A stretch of 64,000 bases of DNA, from contig OX597818.1 in NCBI GenBank assembly GCA_951406725.2, positions 83,638,001 through 83,702,000 on the forward strand, read 5' to 3'. Within the stretch, counting starts at the first letter, position 1, and each line of letters opens with the position of its first letter. The position numbers and the translations under genes are program-made. A model generated the notes under the pieces. That model saw only the letters and a list, made by a program, of their open reading frames with translations. It ran no database searches and was not told where the DNA came from. This document shows, in pieces, positions 55,700 through 64,000 of this stretch. The DNA comes from Octopus vulgaris (taxonomy: Eukaryota).

Positions 55700-55700
<1 letters not shown>
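55142..55700 (-). mobile_element. ~560-bp non-coding retroposon (family D) embedded in (TAA)n
   Basis: Bounded by (ATT)n on both sides. Its 3' end (GGCATG..CTGCTCTCTC.CTC+(AAT)n) recurs at 59630-59727. Confidence 0.75.
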
Positions 55701-55744
<44 letters not shown>

Positions 55745-55844
55745 CAGGATTATTACGTCATATGTAAATAAACACGTTTGTTTTTGAAGCGTTTAGATGT
55801 ATTGTAGAACAAGTAGAAAGATATATTCATGCGTTGAAAAATTA

Positions 55845-55897
<53 letters not shown>

Positions 55898-56429
55898 GTG
55901 AAATAAACAGCTCGTATCTTCTGCAGTTTTATGTGGATCGTAAACGTTGCATCAAGGAAGACTGATTTAAAACAATGTTACTGAATAAAACATAATTTTG
56001 AAAAAAAATTGATATTAAATTATTACAGTTTGAAGATACGTATTAGTTATGCAAAGACACGTAAAAAATATTAACTTCGCTTAGACATTTGTATTTGGTG
56101 CAGTCAAAATTTTCACACCAAACAATAAATGTTTTGGGGAAGTTAACATACTTTGTGTGATTTGGAATGGCTATTGTGTGTTTCCCACGCTATAATTGTT
56201 TTACTTTCTACACACGATCTCAGATCAAATCACTTGCTGAGCACGTACATCACCGAAATCCATTAAAGAGTTTTCAGCTAATTTCATTTCCAACATTTGA
56301 CTATCAGAGTTGATGTAATATAACCCACCTAGAAAATGGGATGAACCTACCAATTACCCTATAGTGTTAATTTCTGCAAAGGTATATATGGTAATTGGTT
56401 GTTGGATAATTCCTCGAGATGCTATCTTT

Positions 56430-56637
56430 TATCTTTTATTTCTTACTTGTTTCAGTCATTTGACTGTGGCCATGCTGGGGCACCGCCTTGAAGGATTCGA
56501 CCCTAGCAACTTTTTTAACCTAGTACTTATTTTATCGATCTCTTTTATCGAACCGCAAGTTTACGGAGACCTAAACAATCCAACACCGGTTGTCAAATGG
56601 TGGAGGAGGCCAAACACGGACACAAAGACACATACAT

Positions 56638-56670
<33 letters not shown>

Positions 56671-56826
56671 AACGACGGGCTTCGTTCAATTTCTGTCTAC
56701 CAAATCCACTCACAAGGCTTTGGTCACCCAGAAGCTATAGTAAATGACACGCAAAATAACACGCAGTGTGACTGAATCCGGAAACGCGTGGTTTGGAAGC
56801 AAGCGTCTTACCACAGAGCCACGCTA
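56430..56826 (-). mobile_element. Full-length SINE family A
   Basis: Colinear with 27623-28027. Confidence 0.88.
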
Positions 56827-56829
56827 TGA

Positions 56830-57000
56830 TAAAGTTTATCATAGTTTCTTTATATTTTTCTTCTGCTTTCTGTTTAATCCTGTTGCCACTTGGATATGCT
56901 ATGAGGATTATCATGCATTTTCTTTCTTTTTTATTCACCACAACAATGTCCGGTTTCCGACGTCTGGTCGGATGGGATGATAAACTTAAAAAATATATCT
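56830..57000 (-). pseudogene. RLE endonuclease fragment of an R4/Dong-like LINE
   Basis: RRKPDIVVVNKKERKCMIILIAYPSGNRIKQKAEEKYK, the PD..D..K endonuclease region. Confidence 0.8.
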
Positions 57001-57757
57001 GCATATCCTCAAGAATATTTTGTCACGTCTAATGATCATTCATATTTACAGTACATTCCTTGATGGTACACTATTTTTCTAGCAGGATAAATTTAATCAT
57101 ACATGTATACCGATTAAATCACAACGGTCACCTTCTCGGCTGAACCCTTTTTCAAATACATGGGATTGTAAAGTATTTGTACAATATATTATTTATAGCC
57201 CTTCATAAATTACAGCTTATAATACTTCGAAGACTTCGGAATAGAGAAGATACTTCAGGTTTCATCGGGGAATATAGATCCATATTACTGCAACAAAATT
57301 TGGCCCAAAGCACGCCAAACGGCATTGCTATTTATTGAAGGCAAAGGATTTCATATAAAATATTAAGTAGGATAACAATGATATTTAGTTTGTAAACAGA
57401 TCTCCGGTTATTCGTATATTATAAAATTATTGTAATAAAGAAAGTATTTACATTAAATAAAGTATTTATATTTAATAAAGAAAGCATTTTAAAACCATTG
57501 TTTTCATCAACATTATTTATTACGATTTATAACTTTATTTTTGCCAGTATATTCAGACTGCATTTAAATAGATGAAAAATCCGAAAACTGACTGATCAAA
57601 TTACAGAAAATAATTGCCTATTTGTTTTATGATTATCTTTAAGGCTCACTACTTCAAAGCTTTTGTGTATACTTCACAAAAATGAGTAATATTTGTAAAA
57701 TGAATACAAATAATAGAAAACCAACTGGATATTTCCCCTAGAGAATAATATATATAT

Positions 57758-57822
<65 letters not shown>

Positions 57823-59204
57823 GAAAGAAAGAGAGAGAAATAGACACAAACAAACTCAGACACGTAGTCATATACGTATATGTTTATATATATGTGTGTG
57901 CTTATGTGTGTTTGTGCGAGTGAGTGAGTGTGTATACATATATACATATGTAAATACACACACAGACGCAAGCACGCGCACACACACATACAGGTATATC
58001 TATGTACATATGCATATACATATATACATAATACATACATTCATATATATATATAGATATATGAATCACAATAAACTCTGTATTATTTAATCAGTTCATT
58101 TAATCGATTCTACAAAGTCCATTAATTCTTTAAATTATATCATCGTTTTCAAATTTGAAAATAATGTAAATCCCATTGATGTTATGTTTATACAAAAGAT
58201 CTAACAAAAGAATGTAGGCAGTACCCTCACCATGTGCAAATAGTAAGTCTTGGAATGTTGGTGGCTTTTACTGCGCTTTCTATAGATATCTATTTTTCGT
58301 ACTTTGATTTCACATATTCTCTGTTTTCTCAAACACTCTAAGTCGGCCCCCACATTTTTCTTACAGTATTGAATCACAAAGTCAGACAAAAGAAAGACAA
58401 GTGGATAAAAATAAAAATGGTAAATTAACGTTAGTCCTTCTTCACGTGCATTTTATCTTCTAACTCGAAATATATGAAAGTTGAATCTGATCAAGACGGA
58501 ATTTGGACTTCTAGAGCCGAGCCAATATTAATAATGTAATGCTTTGCTAACCTGCATTTCAACAATTGCACAATACCCCAGCTGTTCAATCCTGTATTAC
58601 TGAAACAGTTTTCAATAGACGAAAGATAACAGAATATGTAGTGCTGTATTAGTTACGATTCTATAGGGTCTGAGTTCAAATTTCTACATCATCTTTCGCT
58701 GGTTGCTCAATTACTAGTCCAGGTGTAATATTTGGTGACATTTTAGTTACGTTTTCTTTATATTCTGACAGCTATGTTCTCGGGCCCAGGTGAATGCAAT
58801 GAGCCATCAAGATGTTGTCGTGTAAAAATATCAAATATTAATATATTAGATAATAGAAACTACAGGTAGGGAAAAGGATTCTCCGTCTAAATAACCGTAA
58901 GAAAATTCCATAAGAAAATATAGCATCAGAGATGTCGTGGAAAATCCTTAGCAACATTTCTTCCGCTTCATTACCTTCGAAGTCCAAAGTACACGCCGAG
59001 AACGTCTTCGCCTTTCGTCTTTTCAGGGTTGATAAAATTAATAGTCGACTAACCTCTTCGTGTAGTCGACTAACCTCTTCGGGCAAAGTTTCAGGTCTGG
59101 TACGGTTTTTTTTTTTTTTTTTTTAAAGAACTGTTATTATAATTTTGGTTTGTCCCAGTTTCGGTCTTACTCTGGGAGAATTCATGTTGGTATTAGATTA
59201 CTAC

Positions 59205-59436
59205 CTATTTCTTTACTGCCCACAAGGGGCTAAACACAGAGAGGACAAACAAGGACAGACAAACGGATTAAGTCGATTACATCGACCCCAGTGCGTAACT
59301 GGTACATATTTAATCGACCCCCGAAAGGGTGAAAGGCAAAGTCGACCTCGGTGAAATTTGAACTCAGAACGTAACGGCAGACGAAATACGGCTACGCATT
59401 TCGGCCGGCGTGCTAACGTTTCTGCCTGCTCGCCGC
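59205..59436 (-). mobile_element. Full-length young SINE family B
   Basis: Near-identical to 17478-17711 and 48781-49011. Confidence 0.9.
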
Positions 59437-59437
59437 C

Positions 59438-59625
59438 CCTGTACCTTAGGTATCCACAAGTTTTCAGTAGTCTTCCAAGTGCTTAGAAGCCTCCTTATAG
59501 TCCATGCTGTCCCTAAGAGATAAACTTTCTGTAGCAGCCCTACTAGGCATTCTATTCCAATCTCCTTCAGCCATTTGTCTATAAATATGCTTACTGTTTC
59601 CAACGCACTAATTATTACAGGCACG
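59438..59625 (-). pseudogene. C-terminus/3' UTR of an RLE LINE
   Basis: PVIISALETVS..DKWLKEIGIECLVGLLQKVYLLGTAWTIRRLL. The UTR piece also occurs at 53155-53200. Confidence 0.8.
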
Positions 59626-59727
59626 ACCTTTACTGTTCATATCAGACGGGTAGCCATGATGGGTGTATTGGGCTTCGTATATTTGTAACCCAGTGTCATT
59701 TTGATGGCATGCGCTGCTCTCTCGCTC

Positions 59728-59778
<51 letters not shown>

Positions 59779-59939
59779 GATGATGATGATGATGTTGATA
59801 ATTTTGGTAGGGCAAACAGATTTTGAAGGGAGGAGCAATCGATTACGAGACACGTTCAAAAAGTATCCAGCCTTTAATCTTACTCTTTCTCTCTTTTACT
59901 TGTTTCAGCCTGTGTCAACGTCCATCTGTAAACTTAAAT

Positions 59940-60270
59940 CAATGTTTCTCAACTGCGCTCTATATGGTCTCGGAAGGTCCATATAACATTTTTAGGGGTG
60001 CATGTAATATTTTAAGGGCTCCTGAAAAAAATGTTGCTTTAAATGTATGTATAGTTGCGTATTGCAAGAAACGGCTCGGTTTCTTTCTCTAACATTTTAC
60101 ATAGTTCGGCCTACACACGTTAATGTATGAAAAACAAAATAGAAATTTTGAAAGAACTTTCTATTAAACTAGTTTTTAAACATGGAATTACTGAGGGCAT
60201 GAGGTGGGGGGGTAGCGGAACAAAGTAGTAATCAAAGGGGTCCATAGATAACAATGTTTGAGAACTTCTA
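59940..60270. mobile_element. hAT(Charlie)-like MITE, degenerate
   Basis: Ends CAATGTTTCTCAAC / TTTGAGAACTTCTA resemble CAGTGGTTCTCAA-type TIRs. The TSD is not clear. Confidence 0.5.
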
Positions 60271-60461
60271 GTTTAAGGCTAGTTGTGCGTTTGTTGTTCC
60301 TAGTGGGTCTGGATTATATATTTCAGTATGTGTCGTTTCAATTCTCATTTTAATTCTTTAATCCTTCTTTTATATTTTCTTTCTACAGCATATATGTATT
60401 TAGTACTCTGATGCTTTTTTGAGAAATCAGCAAAGAAACGTGAGAGGAATACATCTGTAAT

Positions 60462-61031
60462 TATTATCTTTTCTACTCTAGGCACAAGGCCCGACATTTT
60501 GGGGGGAGAGGGCTGGTCGATTAGATCGACACCAGTACACAACTGGTACTTAATTTATTGACTCCGAAAGTATGAAAGGCAAAGTCGACCTCGGCGGAAT
60601 TTGAACTCAGAATGCAGTGATGGGTGAAATACTTATTTCTTTACTTCCCCACAAGGGGCTAAACACAGAGAGGACAAACAAGGACAGACAAACGGATTAA
60701 GTCGATTATATCGACCCCAGTGCGTAACTGATACTTATCTAATCGACCCCGAAAGGATGAAAGGCAAAGTTGACCTCGGCGGAATTTGAACTCAGAACGT
60801 AGCGGCAGATGAGATACCTATTTCCTTACTACCCACAAGGGGCTAAACATAGAGAGGACACAAACAAGGACTGAAAAACGGATTAAGTCGATTACATCTA
60901 CCCCAGTGCGTAACTGGTACTTATTTAATTGACCCCCGACAGAATGAAAGGCAAAGTCGACCTCGTCGGAATTTGAACTCAGAACGTAACGGCAGACGAA
61001 ATACCGCTAAGCATTTCGCCCGGCGTACTAA
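60462..61031 (-). mobile_element. SINE family B trimer (one head, three bodies)
   Basis: Units at about 60819-61031, 60633-60818 and 60462-60632. Confidence 0.9.
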
Positions 61032-62311
61032 TGATTCAGCCAGCTAGCCGTCATGTCTGTAATTTTTATATTGTGCGAACCATCTTACTTTCATTTTATA
61101 TATATTTTTTATATCTAGGTCTTTAACTATGATATCATGAATTTTGGGGATAAGTATTTAACTTAAATCTCCCTATTATTTAATACACCACCGCAAAATA
61201 ATCAGTTTCTTTTTCCCTACAATTCCCCTACTATCTCTATACCTATGGGCCTAGAGGTACAGAAATTAGGTTGGGAGTGATGCAGGCTAACTAGATTCCC
61301 TGAATAGGTCTTTTATCTAGCTTTTATATTTACATTTTCCACTTAAACGCATTCAAACTGTAGCTCACTAACCGAACTGCTAGTTTGTTAATTACGTTAG
61401 TCTTATGTTATGTTATATTGCTATTTATTTACTGTTTCTTTCTAGCTGTGCCTCTCCTTTTAGTATCATAATAGCCCCTTGTATATAAACTTTGCAGATT
61501 AATTTTGTTTTTATTTTCTTTTTTTCTCTCTTCCTATTTTACTTACCCCCTCACCCAAACATCTCTTCCTAATCCATTTAATGCCTGGCTGATTTCATTT
61601 CCAGTGTTTACCGAGTTGGTCAACTGACATTATTTAAATGAACAACTCGTCACATTTGCCAAGTACCAAAAACCATACCGAAATCACTGCAATAAATTTT
61701 TACAGCCCTGTGTATGAGATTTATCATAAACCTTGACGTTATTCATCACAGCCCCCTGCAATCTTCTTCTAGTCACAACCGCTATAGTTTAAGTTTACAT
61801 TTAATGGAACGAGAACCACACAAACGATATGAGAGAAGCGAATCTCCTTGGAAAAGTCTTAATTTTAAATGAAATGTGTTAAACTATAGGACAGCTTTTT
61901 TGTGAATTATTACCACATTTGGGTTTTTTTTTTTCCATTTTGGCAAGACATTTTTCATACATCCCCGATGACAGTGCGATTCACGAACGCAGTCATATGT
62001 ATTTTTTTAAATAGTTATATCAGCAGTATTTAACATCCTGTGTTTCTAACAGCGCTCTTAAAATATTATCTTCGTTATCAGTAGCAAGTGTTTACAGTCA
62101 TATGAGCCCTTTATGCAATTTTCCTGTTCTTCAGATGAAAGATTGTTTCTGTCGACACTTTGACGTATCTGCTCACTTATTTAATAACAGGATCTTGTAG
62201 GAGTTAAAGCAAGTGCCTGACCCGTGGTTTTTTCACGTATCCGCTTACTTATTTTTAATAACAGGATATATTTCGCTTCATTGATTTACTTTAAAAGCAC
62301 GCATTGATTTT

Positions 62312-62510
62312 AAATTTCGGCACAAATCTACCAATTTCGGCGGGAGGGAGTAAGTTGATTACATTGACCCAAGTGCTCAACTGATACATACTTTATCGAG
62401 CCCGAAATGCAAAGCCAACCTCGGCAGTATTTGAAGTTAGAACGCAAAGACGGACGAAAAGCCGCTAAGCATCTTACTCGGAGTGCTAACGATTTTGCCA
62501 GCTCTTCGCC
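62312..62510 (-). mobile_element. SINE family B copy
   Basis: GGCGAAGAGCTGGCAAAATCGTTAGCAC head with a family B body. Confidence 0.8.
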
Positions 62511-63329
62511 TACTTGGAATGCACATGTTATCATATGAAACAATCTGATCATATCTAAGTTTAAAATATGGTATTTTATACGGACTTGTAGAACTTTGTC
62601 TTCTCCAGATAACTCCCACTTGCCTTTTCCTGTAATAGCTTCCGTAATAATATCCACCATAATGTCTTCCCATTCCTGTGGAGTCAAACAATTAAATTTT
62701 TTTCTTCTATTCAAGGAGTTATCTGATGTCAATTTCTTACTTGCGATACCTTGCTCCAAAAATTATTTATCTTTTTATCACTTGGTGGAATTCCTTAATT
62801 TTATTATTTTTCCATTTCATTCCATTCGAAATGGCTTCATTTATCTTCTCCACACGTTCTAGTTTAATTTTGAAACTATTTTATTCGTTTCTCAAACCTC
62901 TGTACTATCCGCGCTTTAGATTACACCTCTTAAATAAATATATCTTTAATTATTTCAAAATTCACCTCGTAAGATATTATAAGTCATTTGACTATTTAAT
63001 TGCTTCTGAATTTCTTTATTCGTGCGATATGGCAAATCAGTTCTCTAATTTTAATTAAAGGTATTTAATTTAGAAGTGAGACAGTTTTATAGCCTTCAAT
63101 TATTTTGTTCTCATTCATATACATCAAACACGTTATATTTTGTCTTGTCATTTTAGTGGGCGGCACATAGTGAGAAAGTGCCTGATTATGCCATTTCGTC
63201 TGGCTGAGATTCTCAGCCGTATTATTTCCGTGTTTATTTTCTAATTCTAATTATCGTAGAAATTATTCACCTCGCATAACACTTTAGCATATCATATATC
63301 AACAAGTCTACAATATATATATATATTAT

Positions 63330-63540
63330 AGGCGCAGGCATGGCTGTGTATGTGTGGCAGGGTGTCTTTGTGTTTGTCCGTAACTGGTATTGGCTTTTCT
63401 AGTTCCCCGTAACTTGGTGGACAGACAAAAGATTAAATACCAGATTTAATTAATAAATACTGAGGTTGACTTTTTCGACTAAACCCTTAGTGCCCCAACA
63501 TGACTACAGCCCAATGTTCAAAACAAATAAAAGATAAAAG
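63330..63540 (+). mobile_element. Internally deleted SINE family A
   Basis: GGCGCAGGCATGGCTGTG head fused to the 3' half GTGCCCCAACATGACTACAG..AAACAAATAAAAG. Confidence 0.7.
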
Positions 63541-64000
63541 ATATATTACTTTAACTCATACACATAGGATATTGGAAATGTCAACACCTTTAGAAGCCAA
63601 CAGATTTTCTTGGACTCAGTAACTGAATCATCATGGTTGCTAGCCAGTAGGGAATGTGGAAAAAAATTAGCAGCATGCAATGAAATTAATATTAAAATTA
63701 ATACCACTGCTGGGAATTGTATCAAGGTGCAATTGTTGTCACAACAGCAATTGTTATTAATGTTTATATAAACAAATATTTCATTTGGTTAAAAACAAAA
63801 GAGCCAACTAACATTAATCTATCGCTTGTGGTGTGTTTTAGACAAAAACAACTACTGAGATCATAAGCAATGTTTTTGAAAACTAAATTTTTATTGATTC
63901 GGAAAAACAATTTTATTTCTTTTTATCATGATAAATTTCCTTCATCATTTTCTTTTCTTTTTGTTATTCTTCCGACCTTATTATTACTATTCGATTTGAC

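Noticed and set aside
60462-61031. Regularly spaced repeats resembling a CRISPR-like array
   Set aside because: The units are whole ~185-bp SINE bodies with no unique spacers, in a eukaryotic context with no cas genes.
62510-63050. ORFs 62328-62759 and 62437-62691
   Set aside because: They run into a SINE B copy and show no recognisable domain.

Overview
AT-rich, microsatellite-saturated eukaryotic intergenic or intronic DNA. The SINE repertoire and repeat texture suggest an octopus/cephalopod genome (inference). No intact host protein-coding gene is evident, and almost all ORF-track entries are translations of (AT)n/(AC)n/(ATT)n tracts. Supported content: a full-length but dead IR-DR Tc1 (DD34E) transposon; several Penelope-like element (PLE) remnants (RT and GIY-YIG); R4/Dong-type, Tx1/L1-type, CR1-type, RTE-like and Gypsy-like retroelement remnants; a complete non-autonomous Helitron nested in a piggyBac 3' end; and many tRNA-headed SINEs of several families (labelled A-D here). 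The most striking unexplained signal is a dense set of type I hammerhead ribozyme motifs, about a dozen intact or degenerate copies. They include a 430-bp non-coding tandem repeat carrying one hammerhead per unit (retrozyme/PLE-pLTR-like), other terminally redundant units, foldback insertions, and two families with a compensatory U3-A8 catalytic core. A TSD-bounded, ORF1-only Tx1-like retroelement also sits inside a SINE tRNA head. All alignments and folds were done by eye, so boundaries are approximate.
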